DNA of 63,424 nt, counting the filler, from Octopus bimaculoides (Eukaryota): NCBI RefSeq assembly GCF_001194135.2. It is 6 parts of 6 records of this genome, joined end to end, with 100 filler letters (N's around TTAATTAATTAA, not from the genome) between each part and the next. Parts side by side here need not be neighbours in the genome. Positions count along the whole stretch, not along the records: positions 1 to 31,214 come from NW_026310629.1; 5 more parts are not named here. One strand, 5' to 3'. How positions within the stretch are numbered: the stretch's first letter is position 1; each line of letters opens with the position of its first letter. The notes beneath the pieces are model-generated. The model ran no database searches. It was not told the origin of the DNA and was given only the letters and a program-made list of their open reading frames with translations. The position numbers and the translations under genes were made by a program. This document shows positions 1-11,944 of the stretch, in pieces.

Positions 1-46
<46 letters not shown>

Positions 47-99
47 TGTATACATACATTTATGTTCATACTTACATATACCTGTATATACATATGCAT

Positions 100-730
100 A
101 TATGTGTACAGGACGTTATAAACCGTAAACAACATGAAATACGAAATACGAAAACATGGAATACGAACTTTTTTCGAACAACGAAAGAAACAAATGGAAA
201 ACAAGACAAGTAACATAAAGAAGGACCCTTCATCAGTTGTCGGCTGTTTTATCTTCTCCACATTTCGAGCAATTACGACAAGATGTGTCTTCGAGAAACA
301 GTTGTTCCCGCAAAACAAAATGAAATAAGGACTGCTAAGCCATAACGTGGTGAGGTGGCGAAGCTGGAGTTTTGACAGGAGAAAAGATAGGAGAGGAGAC
401 AGACAAGAGTGCGTGTGATCTTTGTGGCAGAGCGAAAGGAAAGAAAGAAGCTCAAGTTAGGCAAAGAAAGATGGCCGATGGTCATGTGTGAGCAACGGGA
501 GCGTAAAGGAGGAAGAGTGAGAAAGAGAGAGGGACAGATAGAGAACGGTGAAGGGGAGAGGAAAAGAATGAGAGAAAGGATGAGAGAGAAAAAACGAAAG
601 GGGAGAAGGGAATATAAAGAGAAATAGAGAAAGGCAGAGAGAGGAAACGAAGGAAGGAGAGAGAATAGTACAAAAGTGAGTCGCATCAAAATTATTACGA
701 TAAAGTTTTTTGGAAATGGATGCGTGACGT
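100..730 (-). mobile_element. Dispersed repeat 'family E' (unclassified, possibly Penelope-like terminal region)
   Basis: The reverse complement shares CGGGA(A/G)CAAC, GCTCGAAAT, CAACTGATGAAGGGTC and TTTCGTTGTTCGAAA with 51160-51728. Its 3' end abuts the (TA)n tract at 1-100. Confidence 0.6.
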
Positions 731-979
731 TCAATCATATGATAATANNNNNNNNNNNNNNNNNNNNNNNNNNNNNNNNNNNNNNNNNNNNNNNNNNNNN
801 NNNNNNNNNNNNNNNNNNNNNNNNNNNNNNNNNNNNNNNNNNNNNNNNNNNNNNNNNNNNNNNNNNNNNNNNNNNNNNNNNNNNNNNNNNNNNNNNNNNN
901 NNNNNNNNNNNNNNNNNNNNNNNNNNNNNNNNNNNNNNNNNNNNNNNNNNNNNNNTATATATATATGAATGTATATTTT

Positions 980-1112
980 ATTCTTTTATTCTATTACTTG
1001 TTTCAGTCATTTGACTGCGGCCATGCTGGAACACCGCCTTTAGTCGAACAAATCGACACCAGGACTTATTTTCTTAAGTCTAGTACTTATTCTATCGTTC
1101 TATTTTGCCGAA
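980..1112 (-). mobile_element. SINE family B, 3' half
   Basis: TTACTTGTTTCAGTCATTTGACTGCGGCCATGCTGGAACACCGCCTTTAGTCG... is the reverse complement of the 3' half seen at 62421-62742. Confidence 0.85.
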
Positions 1113-2413
1113 TAAAAGAATTTATATAATATATATCTACACACACACACACACACACGCACACAGATGTACGTGTGTGTATGTGTGTGACAGCCGTACT
1201 TTTTTCATTACAGGTGCAATGCAAATGCATCCAACTAATTTCTTTACAATTTAACTCATACCCCAAATACCATGCAGTGGGACTGAAACCAGGCCTGCTT
1301 ATACTAGTAACAAAAATCATATTTGACACAATTATATCAATACCATTTTATTTGACAATCAAAACTTACCAAATTTAGACAGAAATAGCTGTACTATTCC
1401 AGACTGGATTTGAACCATGTATCTCTATGCCTTCGGAGTGATTGCCACTACTGTTATCACATCACAGAACACCTTTTGTACTATTTGAAATAATTACTCT
1501 AAACCTATTGTTTCTGGTACTTTAAGAGTGTTTGTCATGTCAACAAGAGTTAGTCACTTAACTGCGACAGGATAGATTATTAATACAATGTGTAATAGAA
1601 TGAGGTGTTTAATATACTCAATTTTGGCATTTCAGCAGCGAATTCTTGACTACGGGCGATATGTGTGAATGAATAAAGACTAAGACTAGATTATTGTAGA
1701 TTTGTGTAATGGCTACTAATCCGGATTTAAACAGTGGTGGAAATTTGAACGGAGTCAGTAACGTTGCTAACGGCAATCGTAGTAACAAACAGCTATAATA
1801 TCGACAACAACAGCAGAAGCACCAAGAATAACAACAGTTATAGGAACGCCAGCAGTTTAGACAATAGCAACATTAACAACAATAACAACATCAATAGCGA
1901 AAACAACAACAACAACAGAAGCAACGCAAAGAACAGTTGCCACAGACAGAACAACAACAATAAGAGGAATCCTATAGATACGTAAACACAATTTAGCAAA
2001 ACACGTGATTCCAAAAGAGATTACGGAGACTTGATGACATAGTTTTCGTGTCACGTGGTCTCACGAACAGAAAGCAATCATCGCACCAATGCAGAAGTGT
2101 TTGGTGGTAAGATTATACGCATGGCATGTATGTATGTATGTATGTCTGTATATATGTATGTATGTATATATGTATGCATGCATGTATGCATGTATGGTTA
2201 AGTGTGTGTATGTATGTATGTATGTTTAGGTGTGTGTATGTGTTCATGTATGCATGTGTATATGTTTGTATGTCTGTGTATATGTATGTCTGTATGTATG
2301 TATATATGTTTGTATGTCTGTATGGGTGTGTGTATCTGTTTATGCATATATGTATGTATATGTGTATGTGTGTATGTAGTGTGTATGTGTATGTATGTAT
2401 AAGTGTGTGTATT

Positions 2414-2444
<31 letters not shown>

Positions 2445-2636
2445 NNNNNNNNNNGAGAGAGAGAGAGAGAGAGGCATATATATGTATGTATATATATGAT
2501 ACACACATATATATATATATATGTATACCTATTACCCTATACAGGTGCATGAATTTCCTCTTGGCATAATGACACCGAAATGCGTCTCAACACACGAATT
2601 CTTATCAAGAATTGTGCAAACCAAAAAGCGATACAT

Positions 2637-2715
<79 letters not shown>

Positions 2716-2764
2716 CATACACACACAGACACACATATATATATATATACACATATACATCCAT

Positions 2765-2895
2765 ATATGCACCAGACACCGTTGCACTTCAGTTAGTCGA
2801 CATATCTTGTATTTAGACGTTTCCCATATGTAATTAGATGTGTTGGGCTGGGCACCTTTCTGAAATGAAGAATAACAAGTTTCCGAAGCAGTTGT
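2765..2895 (+). pseudogene. RTE-clade LINE ORF2 C-terminal fragment
   Basis: Translates PDTVALQL...CWAGHLSEMKNNKFPKQL, matching the RTE motif LRWAGHVxRMxxxRxPKQL. Stops are present. Confidence 0.6.
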
Positions 2896-3095
2896 ATGTG
2901 TGTACGTATGTTTGTATGTACGAATGTGAATCTCTCTTTCTCTTCTCTGCCTCTCTTTGTCTCTCTCCCCATATTATTATTAATAATAATATGGCAATAT
3001 ATTATAATATGCCATATTAATAATAATAATAATATGGCAACAAAATAATTAACGAGACCTCAATAATATGTAAAATAAAGGAATTTATCTATTAA

Positions 3096-3270
3096 TATAA
3101 TATGTGACAATTAGTTGGTTGTCATAATAAAACGCAGAGTTTCGGATACCAAAGATGAAGCCCGCTCCGGTTTTGTCTTTACAACTGATGAGATGCCGGA
3201 GCGGACTTCATCTCTGGTATCCGAAACTCTGCGTTTTATTATGACAACCAAGTAATTGTCACATATTATA
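3096..3270. repeat. Near-perfect 75-bp inverted repeat with 25-nt loop
   Basis: Arms 3096-3170 and 3196-3270 are reverse complements with 3 mismatches, counted by eye. Confidence 0.95.
3181..3239 (+). ncRNA. Type-I hammerhead ribozyme motif (Penelope-like)
   Basis: ACAA-CTGATGA-GATGCCGGAG-loop-CTCTGGTATC-C-GAAAC-TCTGC-GTT-TTAT. Core is intact, stem II is 10 bp with G-U pairs, and stem I is imperfect. Confidence 0.6.
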
Positions 3271-4430
3271 TATATATATATATATATATNNNNNNNNNNN
3301 NNNNNNNNNNNNNNNNNNNNNNNNNNNNNNNNNNNNNNNNNNNNNNNNNNNNNNNNNNNNNNNNNNNNNNNNNNNNNNNNNNNNNNNNNNNNNNNNNNNN
3401 NNNNNNNNNNNNNNNNNNNNNNNNNNNNNNNNNNNNNNNNNNNNNNNNNNNNNNNNNNNNNNNNNNNNNNNNNNNNNNNNNNNNNNNNNNNNNNNNNNNN
3501 NNNNNNNNNNNNNNNNNNNNNNNNNNNNNNNNNNNNNNNNNNNNNNNNNNNNNNNNNNNNNNNNNNNNNNNNNNNNNNNNNNNNNNNNNNNNNNNNNNNN
3601 NNNNNNNNNNNNNNNNNNNNNNNNNNNNNNNNNNNNNNNNNNNNNNNNNNNNNNNNNNNNNNNNNNNNNNNNNNNNNNNNNNNNNNNNNNNNNNNNNNNN
3701 NNNNNNNNNNNNNNNNNNNNNNNNNNNNNNNNNNNNNNNNNNNNNNNNNNNNNNNNNNNNNNNNNNNNNNNNNNNNNNNNNNNNNNNNNNNNNNNNNNNN
3801 NNNNNNNNNNNNNNNNNNNNNNNNNNNNNNNNNNNNNNNNNNNNNNNNNNNNNNNNNNNNNNNNNNNNNNNNNNNNNNNNNNNNNNNNNNNNNNNNNNNN
3901 NNNNNNNNNNNNNNNNNNNNNNNNNNNNNNNNNNNNNNNNNNNNNNNNNNNNNNNNNNNNNNNNNNNNNNNNNNNNNNNNNNNNNNNNNNNNNNNNNNNN
4001 NNNNNNNNNNNNNNNNNNNNNNNNNNNNNNNNNNNNNNNNNNNNNNNNNNNNNNTATATATATATATATATATATGTATTGTGATGGACGTAGCTAGTAA
4101 TATTGTTGGTTAATAAACGAGAGTTAGTATTGACAATGTCTTTTGTAGTATTCAGTATTTTCGCGGTTATAATTACCATTATTCGATATTGGTTATTCTA
4201 TTTAATATTGGTTATGGTTCCAGAAGTTAGTATTGATTGTGGTTGTGTTAGAATCAATGGTGTTTGTAGTGGCTAGGAGTGTTGGTCGCTTTGCTATCAA
4301 TGTTGTTGCTGGTAGAAATTGTTAGAACAGGTTGTGGTTGTTGTACTTAGTGCTGCTGTTAGTTATACTAGTTAATATACATCCTTGTTATAATAGTTAT
4401 TACTTGTAGTGGCGTAATTTTTAATATTGT

Positions 4431-4911
4431 GGAGGCGCAATGGCCCAGTGGTTAGGGCAGCGGACTCGCGGTCATAGGATCGCGGTTTCGATTCTCAGAC
4501 CGGGCGTTGTGAGTGTTTAATGAGCGAAAACACCTAAAGCCCCATGCGGTTACGGCAGGGGATGGTGGCGAACCCTGCTGTACTCTTCCACCACAACTTT
4601 CTCTCACTCTTACTTCCTGTTTCTGTTATGCCTGTAATTCAAAGGGACCAGCCTTGTCACACACTGTGTCACGCTGAATCTCCCCGAGAACTACGTTAAG
4701 GGTACACGTGTCTGTGGAGTGCTCAGCNNNNNNNNNNCAGCCTTGTCACACACTGTGTCACGCTGAATCTCCCCGAGAACTACGTTAAGGGTACACGTGT
4801 CTGTGGAGTGCTCAGCCATTTGCACGTTAATTTCACGAGCAGGCTGTTCCGTTGATCGGATCAACTGGAACCCTCGTCGTCGTAAGCGACGGAGTGCCAA
4901 CAACAACAACA
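4431..4911 (+). mobile_element. SINE family A, full length (tRNA-derived head, (CAA)n tail)
   Basis: Head GGAGGCGCAATGGCCCAGTGGTTAGG...GGTTTCGATTC carries A/B-box-like motifs; tail ...GACGGAGTGCCAACAACAAC. About 80 bp is duplicated across the 10-N gap near 4728-4737, probably an assembly overlap. Confidence 0.9.
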
Positions 4912-5425
4912 GTAATATTGGTTGTTATTGTTGTTGTTATTGGGTTGGTGCATAACAATTATTGCGGCTTTTTTTTTTCCAACAAATTTTATTCAACAAA
5001 AACAATAACAACATGTAACAAAAACATCTTCAAATGATTATTCCGGAGCATATTCACCATCCACTTCAATTACTGTTTCTCATTTGCTTGGCAGACGATC
5101 AGACCGTCATTCAAAGATGTTTTTCTTAAATATTGTTATTATTTTTGCTGAATAAAATTTGTTTGAAAAAAAAGAAAAGCCATAATGATTATGCACCAAC
5201 TCAATTGGATTTGGGGTTGTTGTGTTAGTTAGTATTAGTTGTGTTAATAATAGTTTTCTTTTTTATTCTGGTTACTATAGTATTAAGTATTGTTGGTTGT
5301 TAAACTAGTTAATATTGGGGGCGGATATTTTAGTTAGTATTATGGGGAGTCATACTGATTAGCCATGGCGGTTGCCGTCGTAGTGGTTAGTATTAATTAC
5401 GTTTGTAGTGGTTAGTGTTAATTCT

Positions 5426-5795
5426 GTTCTACTCTAGGCACAAAGCCCGAAATTTCTGGGGAGGGGGGGGGCAGTCGATTAGATCGACCCCAGCATGCAA
5501 CTGATATTTAATTCATCGACCTCGAAAGGATGAAAGGCAAAGTCGACCTCGGCGGAATTTGAACTCAGAACGTAAAGACAGACGAAATACCGCTAAGCAT
5601 TCTGCCCGGTGTGCTAACGTTTCATATTTCTTTATTGCCCACAAGGGGCTAAACATAGAGGGGACACACAAGGACAGATAAGGGGATTAAGTCGATTACA
5701 TCGAACCCAGTGCGTAACTGGTGCTTAATCCATCGACCCCGAAAGGATAAAAGACAAAGTCGATCTCGGCGGAATTTGAACTCAGAACGTAAAGA
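5426..5795 (-). mobile_element. SINE family C dimer (two tail variants joined)
   Basis: Both units carry the shared core GAGTTCAAATTCCGCCGAGGTCGACTTTGCCTTTCATCC (sense). 5426-5620 has the GGCCTTGTGCCTAGAGTAGAA-type tail; 5622-5795 has the CCCCTTGTGGGCAATAAAGAAATA tail. Confidence 0.85.
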
Positions 5796-6057
5796 CAAGT
5801 AGTTAATATTAATGTTGTAGCACTGATGATGGTTATTGTAAAATGGTTAATACTGGTGGTGTTGGTTACAGTAGTTAATATTGGTTGTCGTTAATTGCAG
5901 TTAATACTGATGTTGGTTAGAGCAGTCAATATTATTTATGGCTGTAGTAGTTAGTATTAATCGTGGCTGTGTCAGTTAGTATTGGTGGTAGTTAAACTAG
6001 TTAGTACTTGTAGTAGTTACTGTAGTGAGTATAGCTGGTTGGTAGTTGTAGTTAATA

Positions 6058-6260
6058 TTCTAGGCACAATGCCCGAAATTTTGGGGGAGAGGGCCAGTCG
6101 ATTAGATCGACCTCAGTACGAAAGGATGAAAGGCAATGTCGACCTTGGCGGAATTTGAACTCAGAACGTAAAGACAGACGAAATACCGCTAAGCTAACGT
6201 TTCTTATTTCTTTACTGCCCACAAGGGGCCAAACACAGAGGGGATAAAAAAGAACAGACA
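6058..6260 (-). mobile_element. Second SINE C dimer, internally deleted
   Basis: Same core and the same GCTAACGTTTC/TATTTCTTTA(T/C)TGCCCACAAGGGG junction as in 5426-5795. Confidence 0.8.
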
Positions 6261-6600
6261 GTTGTAGCAGTTAATATTACAAGATGGTGGTTAGAATAGT
6301 GAATGGAGGCGGTGGATTTTGCCGATATATTGTTGTACGGTTTTACAAATGTTCAATTTGTTGTTTGGGTTTAATCCGATGACTTATGACCATATATATG
6401 CGGCTATTAACATCTTCACTTGATACAGACATGACTGCACTTTCTAGCATTAAATGGAATGCAGGGATGTTTCTTATTATCGATCAGCAGTTATTGATCA
6501 TCGGCGGTCGATGAAGTAAGGCACCAGACAATTGCTGCCTTATTTTCGCCAACAGTGTGAATATGCTACGATTTGTTTTATGTATGTGAAGACGAGTACA

Positions 6601-6672
<72 letters not shown>

Positions 6673-6840
6673 ACGCACGCACACTCACATACACCCATAA
6701 TTTCGAACTTCCTTATTTATTCTGACAAAGGTAGTTATGCTTGAAATATAAATTATAAATTCCATGATCTAAAGTATACACACATATATAGAAATATGCA
6801 TACATACATATATACATAGAAACATACACACATACACATA

Positions 6841-6886
<46 letters not shown>

Positions 6887-7492
6887 TGTGTGTGTGTATG
6901 TACATATATACTATATATTATACATGTGTGTGTGTGTGTATATATCTGTATATATATGTGCGTGTGTGTGTGTGTATATAGATATATATTTGTGCGTGTA
7001 TGCATATATAGAAATATGCATTCATACATATATACATACAAACATACACACATACACATATGTATATATATATGCGTGTGTGTGTGTTTGTATATATATA
7101 TATATATACTATATATATTATACATGTGTGTGTATACATATGTGTGTGTGTATATGTGTAGATATATATGTGTGTGCACATACATATATATATATATATT
7201 TGTGCGTGTATGCATGTAGACAGGGAGAGAAAGGAAGAGTGAGAGAGAGAAAGAGAGAGACAGAGAGAGTATTGATTGTGTGTGCCTGTATGTATGCTGC
7301 TGTCTGTATGGATTGGGATGCGTGTCCATGCGCATGTATATATGTGCTTCTGTATGTGTCACTGTATGTGCATGTTAGTGTGTATATATATATATATATA
7401 CTATATATATTATACATGTGTGTGTATACATATGTGTGTGTGTATATGTGTAGATATATATGTGTGTGCACATACATATATANNNNNNNNNN

Positions 7493-7532
<40 letters not shown>

Positions 7533-7939
7533 ATATGTATATATATATCCATATATAAATATATAATGAGAAAGGGAAAGGGGACAATACATTGATGGGG
7601 AGAAAGTAAGAGAGAAAGAGAGTTTGAGGGAGACAATGAAGGAACGATGTAGTATATCATTGTGTTCACAGATATTGCAGCAGTAAGTGGGTTTAACGGG
7701 CAACCAATAGTGAAGTCATCTTGTTGCACACTGTGATGCTTATACATGCATGAATACCTACGTACATCCTACTCCACACACACACATGCACACACACGCG
7801 CGCGCTCACACAGAGGCACACGCATACGCACACGCACACGCACATATATACTTAAACATATATATGTGTATATATATTGTATGTATGCATGTATGTACAT
7901 AAGTGTGGCTAATTGTATCTGTATCGTAATCCGCTTTTG

Positions 7940-8545
7940 TTGTTGTTTAGCCCCAGGTCAGTCCTGATCCAGACAGGCCTACGATCAAAGAGGTTCCAGC
8001 TGTGACCATCCCATCTTTTATTCAGGCATAGTGTATCTAGGACTACATTACCTAATGTATTGTATAGTAGTTAGTAACAATGGCTATAGTTGGTGTTGTT
8101 ATTTAGCACCCGGCAGTCCTGATCCAGGAAAACCTATGATCAAAGACGTTCCACCCGTGACCATCCCGCCTTATATTCAGGCATAGTGTATCTAGGACTA
8201 CATTATCTAATGTTCAGTATAGGAGTTAGTATTAGTGGCTATAGTTGTTGTTGTTGTTTAGCCCCTGGTCAGTCCTGATCCAGACAGACCTGTGATCAAA
8301 GACGTTCCACCTGTGACCACCCCATCTTTAATTCAGGACTACATTATCTAATGTAGTAACTATTAGTAGTAACTATTAGTAGCTATAGCTGCTGTTATTT
8401 AACCCTAAGTCAGTCTGATCCAGACAAAACTATGATCAAAGATATTCAAGCTGTGATCATCCACTCTTTTATTCATGCATAGTGTATCTAGGACTACATT
8501 GTCTAATGTACAGCATAGTAGATAGTATTAGTGGCTATAGTCGCC
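7940..8545 (+). repeat. Tandem array of four ~155-bp units
   Basis: Unit TTTAGCCCCAGGTCAGTCCTGATCCAGACA...GATCAAAG...GTGACCATCCC...TAGGACTACATT starts at about 7945, 8101, 8256 and 8397. Confidence 0.9.
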
Positions 8546-9105
8546 GTTTAATGTCATACGTGTCTTAATCTAATCGCAAAGCTTGATATAGATATGCTCA
8601 TAATGAAATTTCGAGAGCAGGAAGTGATTGAAAGAAAACATGGCGATTATTTCTATGAGATCGATCGACCCTATTGATCGCTTCCTTCATACACATTTTA
8701 AATACTTATAAATCTTAAGGGAAGTCATAAGACGTTGGTGCTCTTGATGTTCCCATCCATCCGTCCATCCATCCATCCATCCATCCATCCATCTATTCAT
8801 ACATTCATATATACATACATAAATATATACATACATACCCCAAAGATGGCGTCTTGTATCTTTGTTGGGAAACCGACTCCCTCAGTGGAAGATTTTATAA
8901 TAATTTAAAAAATAGAAGACGTACATACACAGACATGCATAAACACATACACACACACACACACACACACGCACACATACATACATACATACATACGCGC
9001 ATGCACCATTATACATACAGGCACACACGTATCTACATACATGCATACAAACATGCATACATTTACACATACACGCATACATACACATATATACATAATA
9101 CATAC

Positions 9106-9173
<68 letters not shown>

Positions 9174-9254
9174 ACATATATATATAAATATATATCCATA
9201 AATACATGCCCTAAAGATGGCGTCTTGTATCTTTGTTGTAACCGGGGCTGTCAG

Positions 9255-9820
9255 TGTCGAGATGGACCGGTTTCAACCTATCGATGGAACCTGTGTCTTG
9301 TCACCCTCCAATTAGGAGTTGAAATGATTTGTTTCCAGGATATATGACTTCATAAGGACCATCGTAGGGCGACTGGAGGGGTTCTCGTCGTGCCCCACGT
9401 CGAACGAACACAAGGTTAGTCGTGCGGAGGTCATTTGGTACGGGTGGTTTATGTGTACCGTGTGTTGGCAAGGGAATAGGGCGCAACTGACCCACGCTGT
9501 CGCTCAATTAAGTGAGGTACCTTTTGACATCCGGGTCTGACTTTGTATTCGGAGGGAACTCTCCTGGTACTGTAAGAGGGTTACCATACGCCATTTCTGC
9601 GGAGGAAGTATTGAAATTTTCTTTTGGGACGGTGCGGATTCCCAACATCACCCATGGGAGTTGATCAATCCAGTTGTCGGGGATTCCTTCAGGCGGCGGT
9701 GAAATCTCTCCACTAACCCGTTGGCCTGTGGATGGTAGGCTGTTAAGCAGTTCATTGTGATTCCAAAAAGGTCACACATGTCGTTCCACAGCTTCGAGAT
9801 GAATTTTGGAGTTGAAAGCT
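9255..9820 (-). pseudogene. Ty3/Gypsy LTR retrotransposon integrase fragment
   Basis: Translates TAYHPQANGLVERFHRRLKE, LPWVMLGIRTVPKE, AEMAYGNPLTVPGEF, VFVRRGARREPLQSPYDGPYEV (GPY/F) and IDRLKPV, with stops and deletions. Confidence 0.9.
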
Positions 9821-10246
9821 AAGGTCATTGATTATTTTTGCGATCGTTTGCCATGTTCATTCCGATAGCGAAAGCTGTTGTTCTATCGTCTGCATCACCA
9901 GTTATAACGGTTGCAGATTTATTAAGCTATACACAAATAAACGAGAATGCGTTAGTGAAACATTCATTCGTTTTAGTAAATCATGGCGGCAACTGCCAGT
10001 AATCTCTCCCTCTTCGAAGTCCGCCCAACCGGAAGTCTTCTTCGCTGCAGACCATCTCCTAAGCTAGCCCGAAGCGAAGTTCCTGTCTATAGTTCGTCTC
10101 TCGCACATCCTGCCCTACAGACTCGTATAAAGTCACGCATTGTTGAAACAGTCATGTATCTATATACATGTGCGTGTGTGTGTGCATGTATGTGTTTATG
10201 AGTACCTGTATGTAATGTGTATATGTATGTAGTGTATGTATGTATG

Positions 10247-10542
10247 CATAGGATCGCGGTTTCGATTCCCAGACCGGGCGTTGTGAATGTTTATTGAGCG
10301 AAAACACCTAAAGCACCACGAGGCTCCAGCAGGGGATGGTGGCGAACCCTGCTGTACTCTTCCACCACAACTTTCTCTCACTCTTACTTCCTGTTTCTGT
10401 TGTGCCTGGAATTCAAAGGGGTCAGCCTTGTCACACTGTGTCACGCTGAATATCCCCGAGAACTACGTTAAGGGTACACGTGTCTGTGGAGTGCTCAGCC
10501 ACTTGCACGTTAATTTCACGAGCAGGCTGTTCCGTTGATCGG
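10247..10542 (+). mobile_element. SINE family A, head clipped, runs into gap
   Basis: Near identical to 4470-4860. Confidence 0.9.
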
Positions 10543-11344
10543 NNNNNNNNNNNNNNNNNNNNNNNNNNNNNNNNNNNNNNNNNNNNNNNNNNNNNNNNNN
10601 NNNNNNNNNNNNNNNNNNNNNNNNNNNNNNNNNNNNNNNNNNNNNNNNNNNNNNNNNNNNNNNNNNNNNNNNNNNNNNNNNNNNNNNNNNNNNNNNNNNN
10701 NNNNNNNNNNNNNNNNNNNNNNNNNNNNNNNNNNNNNNNNNNNNNNNNNNNNNNNNNNNNNNNNNNNNNNNNNNNNNNNNNNNNNNNNNNNNNNNNNNNN
10801 NNNNNNNNNNNNNNNNNNNNNNNNNNNNNNNNNNNNNNNNNNNNNNNNNNNNNNNNNNNNNNNNNNNNNNNNNNNNNNNNNNNNNNNNNNNNNNNNNNNN
10901 NNNNNNNNNNNNNNNNNNNNNNNNNNNNNNNNNNNNNNNNNNNNNNNNNNNNNNNNNNNNNNNNNNNNNNNNNNNNNNNNNNNNNNNNNNNNNNNNNNNN
11001 NNNNNNNNNNNNNNNNNNNNNNNNNNNNNNNNNNNNNNNNNNNNNNNNNNNNNNNNNNNNNNNNNNNNNNNNNNNNNNNNNNNNNNNNNNNNNNNNNNNN
11101 NNNNNNNNNNNNNNNNNNNNNNNNNNNNNNNNNNNNNNNNNNNNNNNNNNNNNNNNNNNNNNNNNNNNNNNNNNNNNNNNNNNNNNNNNNNNNNNNNNNN
11201 NNNNNNNNNNNNNNNNNNNNNNNNNNNNNNNNNNNNNNNNNNNNNNNNNNNNNNNNNNNNNNNNNNNNNNNNNNNNNNNNNNNNNNNNNNNNNNNNNNNN
11301 NNNNNNNNNATATGTATATATATATATATATATATGTATGTGTA

Positions 11345-11530
11345 TGTGTATGTATATGTTTGTTTGTCTGCGCTTGTCCCCAACATCGCTTGGCAATCGA
11401 TGCTGGTGTGTTTACGTCCTCGTAACTTAGCTGTTCGGCAAAAAGATTCCGATAGAATAAGTACTAGGCTTACAAAGAATAAGTCCTGGGGTCGATTTCC
11501 TCGACTAAAGGCGCAGCTCCAGCATGACAC
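11345..11530 (+). mobile_element. SINE family B, 3' half
   Basis: CAACATCGCTTGGCAATCGATGCTGGTGTGTTTACGTC...GAATAAGTACTAGGCTTACAAAGAATAAGTCCTGGGGTCGATT. Confidence 0.9.
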
Positions 11531-11944
11531 GATGATTTCTTTCCATCTCTTACTAATGTGTATAAGGACAAGTTAAAACATAACCCGAAACATCTGATTA
11601 TTAAGCAATGTAATTCTTGAGAAATTCGATAGCTTTTGGAACATGTCTCTTATCTACCAGAAGATTTTATTGCGACCAAATTTAGGAAATCAAAGCATTT
11701 CAATGTGTGTCTGTGTGTCGGTTGCATGTTTATGCTGACATTGTATATTATGATATACGTATGGCTTCCACATTTAATTTTCTATTTCAGTGAGATATTC
11801 TATAAAGTGCCGTATAAGCTGATATGCAAGATGGATCGCTTTTACTTTTAACTGTGACAAAATTATTGCCAAACGCCGAAAGCGACCGCGTTACGGATGG
11901 AATAAGTACTAGGTGAGTTTCTCTTTTGTCTTTTTTTAAAAAGA

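Larger units (their letters stand above)
4080..6310. repeat. Degenerate GT/TA-rich minisatellite interrupted by SINEs
   Basis: A motif like GTAGTAGTTA(A/G)TATT(G/A)GTGGTT recurs at 4080-4430, 5220-5425, 5800-6058 and 6260-6310. Confidence 0.6.

Noticed and set aside
1369-1480. Strong minus-strand donor TTTG|GTAAGT
   Set aside because: The upstream sequence contains a GGTTCAAATCC B-box-like remnant and stops in most frames; more likely a decayed SINE head.
1764-1985. Asn-rich 73-aa ORF
   Set aside because: Degenerate (AAC)n low complexity with no supporting splice structure or homology.
4431-4510. tRNA-like sequences at SINE heads
   Set aside because: They have A/B boxes but continue into SINE bodies and lack a complete cloverleaf, so they are not called as tRNA genes.
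4650-4815. Apparent tandem duplication within SINE A
   Set aside because: It straddles a 10-N gap, typical of unmerged overlapping contig ends.
6769-7747. YI/HT/CV-repeat ORFs here and throughout the track
   Set aside because: Dinucleotide microsatellites lack stops in several frames; artefacts.
7940-8545. CRISPR-like repeat-spacer appearance
   Set aside because: Eukaryotic context, 110-bp diverged repeats, spacers similar to each other and no cas genes.
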